64,000 nucleotides of DNA from a virus, in the IMG/VR virus record IMGVR_UViG_3300032070_000613, positions 32,001 to 96,000 of that record, one strand, 5' to 3'. Position 1 is the stretch's first letter; each line of letters begins with the position of its first letter. The notes under the pieces are model-generated. The model saw only the letters and a list, made by a program, of their open reading frames with translations, was not told the origin of the DNA and did not search any database. Shown piece by piece: positions 16,848-27,535 of the stretch. The position numbers and the translations under genes are program-made.

Positions 16848-19800
16848 ATGCCTATTGATGATTTAAATAAAGAACAAAAAATTCTAGAGGCTAAAAAAGC
16901 TGGTAACGCTCTGGATAAAGCAGCTATTGCAAATAATAAAAGTCTTGCCAGTATGTTGGATAAAATGGTAGAGAGTCATTTGCGAGGAAATAGGGCTCGT
17001 GAAGAATCTAGAAGAATTTCTAAACTCGTGAATGAAACTATAAAAAAAAGAAAAAAGATAGAAGAAGAATATACTAATAAATTAGAAAAATCTAAAAAGG
17101 AATATCAGGCTGTTTTAATTGAGTCCAAAAAACTTATTAAATATCGTAAAACGGAAGGTAAAGATTTTAAAGATATTACAAAAAAACGAACAAAACAATA
17201 TAGAATAGGAAAAAAAGAACAAGAAAATATTAAAAAAGCGTATGAATCACAATTAGAAGTTGTTAATAAAGAAATTACTGCTCGGCAAAATCTTTTTGAT
17301 TTGCATGAAAAATATTATAAAGATAATATACTTTTTATTAAGAATGAAAAAGCATATGACGACGCTTTAGAGGAAAGACTTGTAGTTGAAGAAAAAATTC
17401 TTGAAGCACGTAAAGCGGCAGAAAACATATCTGAAGAAGATTATAAAACGCTAAAAAAAGAGATAAGAGGTGAGGAAAATGTAGCTAAAATAAGAGAAGA
17501 TCTTGAAGAGAAAACTTCTGAATCTGAAGCTGCAAGAGAAAGATATCGTAAAAAATTAAAAGGATATCTTCCGTCTAAAGGAGCTCCCCGAGAGAAAAAA
17601 GAAAAGGCTCTCGAATTTGTTAAACAAGAAAGATTCGATCTAGCTAAAGAGATGGGTGGAAAATTAAAGACTCTTCGTTCAGCCAGAGGTATAGGGGGAC
17701 ATCTAGAGGCTGCTAAAGGCATAGGAGAGACTGTTAATAAATTTAAAGATTTGTCAAAAATTTTAGGAGGTGTAGGAGCAGAAGCCAAAGGTGCTGCCGG
17801 TATGTTTGGTGTACTTCGCACAGGAATGGAGATGTTGGGTAAAATAGGTTGGATAGGATTGATTATATCCGCTGTTGCCGCCGTAATTAAAGCAGTAAAT
17901 GAATTGAATAATTTTATAAAAAAATTCAATAAATCTTTTATTAAAATGTATGGCCCTACGATAGCCATGAAAAATGTTACAGCGAGTATGAAAACTTTTA
18001 CTGATGCTGTTTTTGATATGAATAGAAATTTAAAATATGGTTTAAAATCTGAAGATATAACGGGTCTTTTTGAAGCTATGTCAGCAGGAGGTCTTTCTTT
18101 ACAAGGAGTAGGTAAAAGAGTACGAGGAGGTTATAACGAAGTTATATTGGAAGCCACCAAACTTAGTAGAGATTTCGGAGTGGATCTTAGTGAGATGGGT
18201 AGTATGATAGCTGATCAGATGGTTAATTTGAAAGCGTCTTTAGATGAAGTGCGCGATTCAATGGAAGCTATGGCTTATGATGCTACCATTGTGGGAATTA
18301 GCTCACAAAAATTCTATGAAGCAGTCACTGCTGCTACAGATGCTTTAGGTTATTATGGAAATTATTTGAAAAGCACGTCATTCCTTCTTAAGACATTTGC
18401 TGAGAGAGGGGCAATGCCTTTTAAAGATGCCGCTAAAGAAGCTCAAGATATAATGGGCATTTTTAAAGGTATGGATATTAGAAAAAAATTGGGATTTATT
18501 CAAATAGTAGGTGATCCTAAAGTTAAAGAGGACATGGCTAGACGTGCTGAACTTATAAAAGAAGAAACTCAACTTTTAGAGGACAAAATAGCTGCTACAC
18601 AAAATATTATAGATAAAACTAAAGATGCCGCTAAAAAAGAAGAATATATACGGCAAAAAGGAGCTTTGGAAGATCAGAAAAGAGAAAAAGAAAGAATTCG
18701 TCGTCGATTACAAATGGCTGTTGAAGGAGATTCAGCAGCTAGAGCTGCTTCTTTAGGTTATATGGCAGATCGTACAGTAGATTATCTTATTACGGCTTTA
18801 AAAAGAGCTGGAGGTGGAAAATTAGATTTATTTAATCTTGATGACGTAATGGCTAAAGCAACTATATTGAGACAAACTGCGGATGTTCCTGAAGAAGCTC
18901 TCAATAAACTTGTAGATACTAGTGCTGCTATATTAGCTGATGCTGAAGAATCCGCGGAATTTATAACAAGTAGTTTAAAAGATATAGGTCCTGAAAGCAG
19001 AGCAGCACTAAAAGATGTAATGGCAGGATATGTGAGGGATATAGAATTAGGTAAATCTATAAATGAAGATGACATAAGAGCTAGTTTATTGGCTTTTCAA
19101 AAGTCTGGTGGTAAAATAGGCATGTCTATAGATAGATTTATTGATGAATTTAAAAAGAATGCTTTTGTTCTTGATGCGTCTATATCTGGTACGGGTATGG
19201 ATATGAAGGTCCTTTCTGAAAAATGGCTTACAGCTAATGCTAGTATTATAGGCGGATCGAAAGAACAGGATAAACGTCTTCAAGATATAACTAAAAATAC
19301 GAAAACTTTTGAAGAATTTATTGGTATAGGTAAAGAAAATATGGAATATATGGCAGCTATGGCTGCAGGAGGTGATCTTCAGAATCTTGCCAATAATGCG
19401 ATGATAGCCACGGCAAATACTGCTGGGGGCATTTTAGGATTATTACAGAAATGGATTGCAGGTAAAAAAGGCGAATATAAAACAGATGAAGAATTTAAAA
19501 AAGGTCATGAATGGGGTGATTTAATATCTGCTTCTAAAAGGCAAGTTTTATTGACTAGATTATTATATAAAGCCCAACAAAAATACGATAAAACTCAGAA
19601 TGCTTCTGATAAAGAGCAGGTCGACCTTATACAAGCTGAAATAGCTAAATTAGAAGATTTAAAAGGAACATTATCAGAAGTACGGCCTGATTTAGCGGCT
19701 GGCGCTGTTATGGAAGGTACTAAACAAGCTCAAGATTTATTAGATCAAAGGGAGAGATCCAAAAAAACATTAGCATATTGGGAAGGAAGAGTAAAAGATG

Positions 19801-20267
19801 CTGGGGCTAAAGTGACTGAAACTGAAAAAGCTTCTTTAGAATATGCAAAAAAGCAATTGGCATCGACATATATGGAGGGCACAAGTTTCGACGTAGGTGG
19901 AAAAAAATTTGGTATTGATGTATCACAAGTAGAAAAAGAAGAAGCAGATGCGGGTTCTATTCCTTCAACAACGGCTAAAGATTTTAGAGCACTAACCAGT
20001 GGTTTTGCTAAAATAACTAAAGGAGACTGGGTAATAGGAGATACTAGCCAGGCTAAAGGTATAATGTCAGGGTCCGGACAACTCACGAATAGGTTATTGG
20101 GTTATAACAAAGGAGCTATTTCAGGCGGAACCAGTGTGAGTGTACCTATTAATTTACAGATAGGATATGTAATAGGCAATCCAGATGAACTAGTAAATAA
20201 ACTCACTCCTGCTATAGAGCAGACATTTGCTAGAATGTATTTCGAAAAAGAAAAAAGAGGAGCATAA
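16848..20267 (+). CDS. Tape measure protein
   Basis: Long Ala/Lys-rich helical protein with a hydrophobic segment (GKIGWIGLIISAVAAVI); ATG 16848 follows the previous stop. Confidence 0.75.
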   Translation: MPIDDLNKEQKILEAKKAGNALDKAAIANNKSLASMLDKMVESHLRGNRAREESRRISKLVNETIKKRKKIEEEYTNKLEKSKKEYQAVLIESKKLIKYRKTEGKDFKDITKKRTKQYRIGKKEQENIKKAYESQLEVVNKEITARQNLFDLHEKYYKDNILFIKNEKAYDDALEERLVVEEKILEARKAAENISEEDYKTLKKEIRGEENVAKIREDLEEKTSESEAARERYRKKLKGYLPSKGAPREKKEKALEFVKQERFDLAKEMGGKLKTLRSARGIGGHLEAAKGIGETVNKFKDLSKILGGVGAEAKGAAGMFGVLRTGMEMLGKIGWIGLIISAVAAVIKAVNELNNFIKKFNKSFIKMYGPTIAMKNVTASMKTFTDAVFDMNRNLKYGLKSEDITGLFEAMSAGGLSLQGVGKRVRGGYNEVILEATKLSRDFGVDLSEMGSMIADQMVNLKASLDEVRDSMEAMAYDATIVGISSQKFYEAVTAATDALGYYGNYLKSTSFLLKTFAERGAMPFKDAAKEAQDIMGIFKGMDIRKKLGFIQIVGDPKVKEDMARRAELIKEETQLLEDKIAATQNIIDKTKDAAKKEEYIRQKGALEDQKREKERIRRRLQMAVEGDSAARAASLGYMADRTVDYLITALKRAGGGKLDLFNLDDVMAKATILRQTADVPEEALNKLVDTSAAILADAEESAEFITSSLKDIGPESRAALKDVMAGYVRDIELGKSINEDDIRASLLAFQKSGGKIGMSIDRFIDEFKKNAFVLDASISGTGMDMKVLSEKWLTANASIIGGSKEQDKRLQDITKNTKTFEEFIGIGKENMEYMAAMAAGGDLQNLANNAMIATANTAGGILGLLQKWIAGKKGEYKTDEEFKKGHEWGDLISASKRQVLLTRLLYKAQQKYDKTQNASDKEQVDLIQAEIAKLEDLKGTLSEVRPDLAAGAVMEGTKQAQDLLDQRERSKKTLAYWEGRVKDAGAKVTETEKASLEYAKKQLASTYMEGTSFDVGGKKFGIDVSQVEKEEADAGSIPSTTAKDFRALTSGFAKITKGDWVIGDTSQAKGIMSGSGQLTNRLLGYNKGAISGGTSVSVPINLQIGYVIGNPDELVNKLTPAIEQTFARMYFEKEKRGA

Positions 20268-20275
20268 GGTTATAA

Positions 20276-21085
20276 ATGGCTGATATAGCTACAGTAAAAG
20301 TAAATGAGGTGGCTATTCAACAGAGTCCTGCTGAAAAAGGTCCTGATCAGGGTACTGTTATTGTATATACTCCAGATATTAAAAAAATAATTGTAAATAG
20401 TACAGATAAAAATCGTTTTGTAGAAATACGCCCTCCTATACGCAGGCTCCCTAATGAGATCCCGGTATATATGGAAATGATAGATGCAAATCTACAGCCA
20501 TGCTCTATACAGATATCTAATGGAGTGACTATACAGGCTCTGCGGCTAGCGCCTAATCCGGATACTATGACGATAAATTCAGCAAAAATAGTGAATAGAT
20601 ATAGCACTATGACGCGTTGGGTAGAGGAACACTGGGGCGATGAAATGGATGTAGTAAATTTATCAGGTAGCTCTTTTTCTTTTTTATCTTTTGTGCCAGA
20701 AGATGTTAGTCCGGGGTTATCGGTAGTGAGTAGACGAGATACTAATGCTTATAAAATGATAAAAGAATTAGTAAAATTTTACAGGACTAATGGATGCATT
20801 TATCAGGACAGAGACACTTATTTATCTAATGATGAAATTTCCATAAATAAATCACCGGAAAGCAATTCGGTTGATAAGTTTTTATTAGAAAATCCATCTT
20901 TTAAAGGTAATCATCCTAGAGCAGGAATGATTCAAGAACGCCTTTATATTAAACTGTCTTTTGATTATGTTTCTTTTATAGGATATTTAGAATCTTTCGA
21001 TTTGATAGAAGATTCGGCTAGTCCTTTTAGGATGACTTATAATATTATCTATAAGGCTGAGAAAACTAGTTTTGTTTTAGGATAA
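20276..21085 (+). CDS. Tube initiator / baseplate protein (T4 gp48/gp54-like)
   Basis: PNP..MTINSAK...WVEEHWGDE..VNLSG; FIGYLESF...PFRMTY. Confidence 0.55.
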   Translation: MADIATVKVNEVAIQQSPAEKGPDQGTVIVYTPDIKKIIVNSTDKNRFVEIRPPIRRLPNEIPVYMEMIDANLQPCSIQISNGVTIQALRLAPNPDTMTINSAKIVNRYSTMTRWVEEHWGDEMDVVNLSGSSFSFLSFVPEDVSPGLSVVSRRDTNAYKMIKELVKFYRTNGCIYQDRDTYLSNDEISINKSPESNSVDKFLLENPSFKGNHPRAGMIQERLYIKLSFDYVSFIGYLESFDLIEDSASPFRMTYNIIYKAEKTSFVLG

Positions 21086-21089
21086 TTTT

Positions 21090-22418
21090 ATGGAAAATAT
21101 AGAATCTACAAATTCCACAGAAGTGATTAAAGAGTTCCTAGATAGAGTAGGAGGATCTTTAGATTTTGAGGGAGGAATAAATCTATCCCAATATTCTAAT
21201 TGGATTCGCTCGAGTACTATACCTAAAGATTTTATACCGTTTGAAATTTCTATATACGATACAGATAAAAACGAAGATGTTTTGTCTCTTATCATGATGA
21301 TAAATCCTAGAGATTTAAATATAGGTCAAGCTCAAGTAGTAAATGCGGCGTATTCAAGAGTAGGGTGGATTAATACATTGTGGGGTAATCAACAAGCTAC
21401 TATAACTGCTAGTGGTTTATCTGCCGGATTTTATTATATAACTAATACATTTGAAGGAGGAATAACTAATTTTAATAGAAAAAATAGTATAGCTTTTTTG
21501 AATTTGATTTCTATTGTATCTTTTTTTAAAAATAATGCTTACTATTTTATGGATGGGCAAGAAATTCCTTCTTTATTTAAAGACAATCATAGTAGAGCCA
21601 TTAATGTTATGGATACTATAAAAATAACATACGATGGCTCTGAATATTTAGGATCATTCAACTCTTTTTCTTTAAACGATGTAGCTACTAATCCTTATAG
21701 ATTGGATTATTCTTTTGAATTTACTGTGTCGTCTTTTGGTACTGATACTAATAGCATCGAAGGACATGTTAAAAAAAATAAAAACGATCAAAGCAATACA
21801 GTTGTAACAGCGATTCAGGGATATAACACTAGATTTTTAACTTCAGTACAAATGAGTTTGGAAGAACTCAATAAAACTTTTCCTCCAGATCAGGAATATA
21901 AACATAATAAAGAATATTATCTCAATATATTGAATCCACTTAACAGAAATTTTAAATCTGGCGCAGGACTTAATCTTAAAACTGATAATATTCCTATAGC
22001 ATGGGGTTCTATTATTGCTGAAGCTGTTAAACAACCTATTAGCAAAGATTATCCGGTAGCTGTGGATCCTAATTTAGTAGCTGCTGTCATAAGGCAGGAA
22101 TCTACAGGAAATCAATATGCAGTATCTTTTTCTGGAGCAAAAGGTCTTATGCAATTAATGGATGGTACAGCAAGACAATTAGGAGTGACATCATCTTTTG
22201 ATCCACGCGATAATATATTTGGTGGAACGAGATATCTCAGTCAATTACTTAAAAAATATAATAATAATGAGAAACTCGCTCTAGCAGCATATAATGCTGG
22301 TCCTAGCAGAGTAGACAAAGCTCATGGCATTCCAAAAATAGCTGAAACTATAGATTATGTTAATAGAGTCACGTATTATCATGATCATTATCTATTATCA
22401 TCTTCAAAAAGAAGTTAA
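21090..22418 (+). CDS. Tube initiator paralogue fused to an SLT lytic transglycosylase
   Basis: N-domain parallels 20276 (INP...WG...ITASG; YLGSFNSF...PYRLDY); SLT motifs IRQES, GAKGLMQLM, AAYNAGP. Confidence 0.85.
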   Translation: MENIESTNSTEVIKEFLDRVGGSLDFEGGINLSQYSNWIRSSTIPKDFIPFEISIYDTDKNEDVLSLIMMINPRDLNIGQAQVVNAAYSRVGWINTLWGNQQATITASGLSAGFYYITNTFEGGITNFNRKNSIAFLNLISIVSFFKNNAYYFMDGQEIPSLFKDNHSRAINVMDTIKITYDGSEYLGSFNSFSLNDVATNPYRLDYSFEFTVSSFGTDTNSIEGHVKKNKNDQSNTVVTAIQGYNTRFLTSVQMSLEELNKTFPPDQEYKHNKEYYLNILNPLNRNFKSGAGLNLKTDNIPIAWGSIIAEAVKQPISKDYPVAVDPNLVAAVIRQESTGNQYAVSFSGAKGLMQLMDGTARQLGVTSSFDPRDNIFGGTRYLSQLLKKYNNNEKLALAAYNAGPSRVDKAHGIPKIAETIDYVNRVTYYHDHYLLSSSKRS

Positions 22419-22421
22419 TTT

Positions 22422-24854
22422 ATGGCCCAAGATTTTTCTGGAATTTTTACTTATAGTGAATTCAAATACAGGCGTAATGTTTTGAAAATGGCTCCTGATG
22501 CTTTTATAACTATAAATGATGCTATTGAAATGCGCGTGGTAGCTCCTATGGATGCTTTGGGTACAAAAGATACTAAAATGCAGGGTGGTATAGTTACAAT
22601 GAATGTGAGCGCTGCGTTGTCCCCGGCAGGGGCTTCTAGAGCGACAATTGAAATATCCGCTCCACAATATAAAGGTTTTCATGAAGATTATTATAGAACG
22701 TATCCTAATGGTACTAGGATGCCTATTTTTACTCCCATGATGGAAGTTAAAATTTTCATGAAAGGCAGATACTTGGAAGAAGAATATACATGGAGTCCTC
22801 GATATTACCCAGTATTTTGGGGTATGATAACTAATGTCCAAGAAAATTATTCTCAAGGAGCTTATAATTTTTCTATTACCTGCGAAGATTTATTATGCTG
22901 GTGGAGATATCAAAAGGTCACAGTACAATCCTCTGTTATTACAGCTTTTTTTGGTGGAGCCAATATGACTCGTTTTCCTAGTACTTTTAAAAATATGTCT
23001 CCATGGGAAACAATGATGGCTCTTTTTACAGATACTTTTTTTATGGAAACAGATAAAGAAACAGGTATGACTGCTTTTTATAGTTTTTTATATCCCCAGC
23101 TTTCAAATATAGCTCAACAACCTCAATATGAAAATTTGAGAGAAACCTGGGGTTATTTCGCTCAGAATGTAGTGAATTATTGGAATCAGCGGTTTGGATT
23201 TGGTACGTTAACTACTGGTACTCCGGAACAAATAGCAGCCAGTCTATCAAAAGTGCCTTTGGAAATGTATGGATTAAGAGGGCCTATAAAAACTAGTAGT
23301 ATAGCTAATAGATTGTTGAATTATCTTAATGATCCTAATAATAGTTTTCCAGAGAGTCAATCCGAGAGAAGCGCTGATTTGGATTTAGATTTTTCAATGA
23401 TGGCTAGAGTCCAGGCATATGGTCTATTTGATTTATATGGGGATGGAACTGAGCCGTTAATATTATCTAAATTAGAAATAGCTAATGCTGTTTGTGAAAA
23501 AGTTAATATGGAATTTTTTGTAGATACCAATGGTAATTTTGTTTTTAAACCGCCATTTTATAATTTAGACGTAGCTACTGGAGATATTCCTTATTATAAA
23601 ATAGGACCTGAAGACATTATAAATTTTAATGCTAGTTTTGATTCCAATAATATAGTCAATTATTTAGTAGCCACAGGTCCTCTATGGCAGCAACTTGATC
23701 TACAAGCCATAGGTCTTCATGCGGATTTTGAATCCATTAAAAAATACGGCATACGTTCTGAACAGATTCATGTATCCTATGGTATGAATGCTAATCAATT
23801 AAAAATGGTGGCTGTGGCTGAAATGACGAGAAAAAACGGCCAAGCATTTACAGGTAGTGTGAGTATTCCGCTTCGTCCTGAGATGCGATTGGGATATCCA
23901 GTATATCTATCGCATATAGATTCTTTTTATTATGTGACAGGCATAGCTCATTCATTCACTTTTGGATCAGCGGCTACTACTGATTTATCATTACAATTTA
24001 GAAGAGATCGTGTATTTGATGACGGCACTTCTGGGTTGGAGGGCAGTATAAAAGGGGATATCCTTAAAAAATGCGTCTATAGGGATAGGTCGACAAACAT
24101 TACTTTAGATACTGAAAGTATTGCTGATGCTAAAAATAATATGACCCCGGAAAATTTTGCCGCCTTTGTACAGAATAAATACGGTTTAAATATACAAGGC
24201 CCCTATAGTTTGTCTTATCTGAATGATTTAATAAATGAAGTTGAAAAAGAACGAATAAAAAAGAATGCCCGGCTTTTTTCAGGACCTGGGATTTTGGGAT
24301 ATTGGAAAATTGATAAAGCAAAAATGTTAACAAAATCTGATGATGTTGCTAATCCCAATACTCCTAATGCTGTGATATCTAATGAGCTCGTAATGATTAC
24401 TGATACTAGTGTACCTTATACAGATATACAAGGATATAGGCATATAGGAGCTTTTCCTTTTGGAGCAAATTTAGTACTTATGAAAAACGGTAAAATATTA
24501 GACAGTACTAATTATGCTCAAGTTAAAGCAGCAGAAGCTGAAAAACAATTACAAGATCCTGGAAATACAGGAACTATTCAAGGTAATAAAGTGAGTACGA
24601 ATATTCCTAATAAACCAGATGAGACAGGAACAACGAATAATACTCAAAATGATAGTAAAGAAGTTATTACTGATAAGAATAATAACAGGCTACAAGTAGC
24701 TCAAGAAAATAAAGATGAAAGTTTAGTGAAATTTCCTTATTTAACAGACACGTTTTTTATGAGTAATCCTAATATGAAAGGTTTGGAAGATATAAAAAAG
24801 CAGATTTATTTTTCTCTCTCGGTTTCTAAAACAGGTGATGTTTCTAATAAATAG
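22422..24854 (+). CDS. Baseplate hub protein (gp27/gp44-like)
   Basis: VFWGMITNV, EFFVDTNGNFVFKPP, KYGIR, IPLRPEMRLG, YYVTGIAHSF. Confidence 0.7.
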   Translation: MAQDFSGIFTYSEFKYRRNVLKMAPDAFITINDAIEMRVVAPMDALGTKDTKMQGGIVTMNVSAALSPAGASRATIEISAPQYKGFHEDYYRTYPNGTRMPIFTPMMEVKIFMKGRYLEEEYTWSPRYYPVFWGMITNVQENYSQGAYNFSITCEDLLCWWRYQKVTVQSSVITAFFGGANMTRFPSTFKNMSPWETMMALFTDTFFMETDKETGMTAFYSFLYPQLSNIAQQPQYENLRETWGYFAQNVVNYWNQRFGFGTLTTGTPEQIAASLSKVPLEMYGLRGPIKTSSIANRLLNYLNDPNNSFPESQSERSADLDLDFSMMARVQAYGLFDLYGDGTEPLILSKLEIANAVCEKVNMEFFVDTNGNFVFKPPFYNLDVATGDIPYYKIGPEDIINFNASFDSNNIVNYLVATGPLWQQLDLQAIGLHADFESIKKYGIRSEQIHVSYGMNANQLKMVAVAEMTRKNGQAFTGSVSIPLRPEMRLGYPVYLSHIDSFYYVTGIAHSFTFGSAATTDLSLQFRRDRVFDDGTSGLEGSIKGDILKKCVYRDRSTNITLDTESIADAKNNMTPENFAAFVQNKYGLNIQGPYSLSYLNDLINEVEKERIKKNARLFSGPGILGYWKIDKAKMLTKSDDVANPNTPNAVISNELVMITDTSVPYTDIQGYRHIGAFPFGANLVLMKNGKILDSTNYAQVKAAEAEKQLQDPGNTGTIQGNKVSTNIPNKPDETGTTNNTQNDSKEVITDKNNNRLQVAQENKDESLVKFPYLTDTFFMSNPNMKGLEDIKKQIYFSLSVSKTGDVSNK

Positions 24855-24874
24855 AATATTTGTATGAGGATTTT

Positions 24875-26896
24875 ATGAATAGTTTTCCATACGCTAAAGT
24901 ACCTGGACGACAAATAGCGCCTAATGAACATCCTACAATAAGCGCTAGGAAGATCAAAGGAGTAATTTGTGTCCCGGGTGACGTGACCCTCGTGGATGAA
25001 GAAAAAATGCGCATGACGGTAGTTTTGAGAGATAATTTGGGCGTTTTGGAAAATGTACCCATAGCACAGCCTTACGCTGGAAATTCGAGTTTTATTCACG
25101 CTGTGCCCGAAGAAGGATCAATGGTCGTAATGGCCTATCAAGAAGGCCAGTACTTCCCTCTGACCTACCTACCAAACTATACTCATGGATTGGAAAATAG
25201 AAATGTAAAGAGCTGGCCGGATACGGTAAAAAATGTGGAAGAGAATGAACATTTTTTCAGAGTAAAAAAAATACAAAAAGGAGAAATAGCCCTAGGATCA
25301 TCAAAAGGCGTAGAAGTCCATCTAGGAGAACATTTTAAACTGGACGACAGATCCGGTAACAGTCTCGTGCTCAGAACTGATGAGAACTCAATAATAAATA
25401 CCGCCTGCAACAATAGCATATTCAGCAGCGGCGTATGGCTGAATACAGGTATAATCAAAAGGAACTCTGTCGATCCCTCTAACCTCAATGATATCCCGAA
25501 TATAATCAGACAACCACTCCCTGAAGGCAGATATAACTATGTGCTGAGACCTACAGGCCCTAACCTCGCCACCGACCCCTACTATACAGAGTATCTCCTG
25601 GAAGTAGATGATAAAGGATACGCCCTACAACCAGAAAATGACATAAACGGAGACTCGAATAAAACCAATAGAAAACCCATAGCTATTTTCTCGATGGGCA
25701 ATCTCGTGGGAAATAATACCAAGTATCCCGGGTCCTATGGAAGAATTTTACGCCCTGTGCTTTTCCATGATATAGACGATAGTGTGGGAGATTTTACACT
25801 GGAACCCGTGGCAGGAGCCGATGTAGACGCCTATAGCATAGCAATGTGCTGGTTTAAACCTGAGCGTGCTAATCCAGAGACAGGGGCTTTCTTTGGTATC
25901 GATAAAGAAGGTCATCTATGGCAGTATCTCCCCTCAGCTACCGCGGGAGGTCTGGGTAAAGGCCGGTCCATGTCCATACTGGCTAAAGGCAGCAAAAAAG
26001 AGATATGGGGTAATGACACCCGCTATGCTACGTCCTGGGACCTGAAAACTACTGGGGGCATAGTCTGGGATGTGGGGGTCCATAATGAAAAAAACGGCAA
26101 TCCTTTCAGCAATCGCAGCATAGACGTACGGGCTAAAGGGTCCGTGTTTTATATGTATGGGTCTCAGCTCAGTCCATCTATAAAGAATTTTGATATCGAT
26201 AAGTCTAAAAAGGATGTAGATGATCCTCGCAACTATTTTAAAGTGGAAAAGATAGGCGGTAAAGAAAGGCACGAGACGTCCAGTAATAGAGAGACTATCA
26301 TTAAGGGCTCGGATAAAGTACGCATAGAAGGAGCTCGTACTGAACAAATCATTGGAGCTAATACTACCAGTGTAGGCTCCAATATGAATGTGATCGTAGG
26401 GGATGCCTCCACTGAAAAAGTGTCTAAAGAAAAACAAGAAGTATTTGGTAACAGGAAGACTCTCATTACTAGCGGCAGCTCTGAACTCCAAGTAAAGTCC
26501 CTCCAGGGAGATATCAAAGAGAGCATACTGGTAAAAGGCGGTAAATTTGTAAATGTGAAATTGGGTAATATACAGGATGACATCGCTATAGGTAATCGGG
26601 CATTCAATATAAAAAGCGGTAATTTCACGGTACAGAGTATAAAAGGTGATATGCTGCTAAGTACTAAAACCGGTCAGATATCTTTTAAAACTGTGATAGG
26701 AAAAGCTGAAATCAAGGCATCCATGGATATTGATATACGCACTAATCCAGTGTCTAATGTAAATGTACAGGGAGGGGCTATAAAGCTCAAAGGTAAAACA
26801 GGAATGATGGGAGGAGTTATCACAAGTAAGTCACATAGGGATTATATAACTGGAGCAGCACTAGTGGGATCCCTGTCAGTAAGTGCGTCGGTATAG
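24875..26896 (+). CDS. Central spike protein (gp5/VgrG/gpV-like)
   Basis: GAGGA RBS before ATG 24875; OB-fold motif NVPIAQP...VPEEGSMVVM; C-terminal beta-strand repeats. Confidence 0.65.
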   Translation: MNSFPYAKVPGRQIAPNEHPTISARKIKGVICVPGDVTLVDEEKMRMTVVLRDNLGVLENVPIAQPYAGNSSFIHAVPEEGSMVVMAYQEGQYFPLTYLPNYTHGLENRNVKSWPDTVKNVEENEHFFRVKKIQKGEIALGSSKGVEVHLGEHFKLDDRSGNSLVLRTDENSIINTACNNSIFSSGVWLNTGIIKRNSVDPSNLNDIPNIIRQPLPEGRYNYVLRPTGPNLATDPYYTEYLLEVDDKGYALQPENDINGDSNKTNRKPIAIFSMGNLVGNNTKYPGSYGRILRPVLFHDIDDSVGDFTLEPVAGADVDAYSIAMCWFKPERANPETGAFFGIDKEGHLWQYLPSATAGGLGKGRSMSILAKGSKKEIWGNDTRYATSWDLKTTGGIVWDVGVHNEKNGNPFSNRSIDVRAKGSVFYMYGSQLSPSIKNFDIDKSKKDVDDPRNYFKVEKIGGKERHETSSNRETIIKGSDKVRIEGARTEQIIGANTTSVGSNMNVIVGDASTEKVSKEKQEVFGNRKTLITSGSSELQVKSLQGDIKESILVKGGKFVNVKLGNIQDDIAIGNRAFNIKSGNFTVQSIKGDMLLSTKTGQISFKTVIGKAEIKASMDIDIRTNPVSNVNVQGGAIKLKGKTGMMGGVITSKSHRDYITGAALVGSLSVSASV

Positions 26897-26897
26897 T

Positions 26898-27515
26898 ATG
26901 CCACTATCAGCCAGTCTCATATCAGGAGCTATACTGACTCAATTCACCGCCAGGAAATATACTGGTAGAAATGCAATGGATTTATCGAATGCTGTGGGAG
27001 CAGCGGTAGCCAGCTATCTCATGATCCCTAATCTGGTCACCTGTACGCTGTCAGGGACTGTAGGACCTTTGGGAAATATAAATAGTCTGGCTGTGGCGGG
27101 ACTCATCCCTACGTCTATGAGTAATTTCATGTATACGAAAGCTCTCAGTAAAAAACTGAAAGGCAGGGACCTGAATGGGATACTCAGTGCTATATCACTA
27201 GGACTAGTACAAATACTCTCTGCAATGATTTTGTCCGGCACAGCAATAGGTATAGCTATAGGTGCTGGCACAGGAAAATTCACGGCAGTGTCCGATCAGG
27301 CTCTATCTAAATTACTAGTGGCTCAAATGCTCAGATATAATATCAAAGGTAGAAATGCTATCGATTTAGCCGATAGCATAGCGTTTGGTCTGGTGAAACA
27401 GTTGCAGACTGCGACTACATTTTCTGTCGTAGCGACCGGAGTGATAGCACCAGTGCCCCCCACAGGTCCGGTAGCTATACTCGGAGTGCCCTCGGTTTTT
27501 ACAAAAATCAGCTGA
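26898..27515 (+). CDS. Hydrophobic three-repeat protein, putative spike tip
   Basis: ATG 1 nt after the spike stop; three GR(N/D)xxxLxxA(I/V) repeats. Confidence 0.45.
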   Translation: MPLSASLISGAILTQFTARKYTGRNAMDLSNAVGAAVASYLMIPNLVTCTLSGTVGPLGNINSLAVAGLIPTSMSNFMYTKALSKKLKGRDLNGILSAISLGLVQILSAMILSGTAIGIAIGAGTGKFTAVSDQALSKLLVAQMLRYNIKGRNAIDLADSIAFGLVKQLQTATTFSVVATGVIAPVPPTGPVAILGVPSVFTKIS

Positions 27516-27535
27516 TCTGATAAAGGAAAAAAGTC

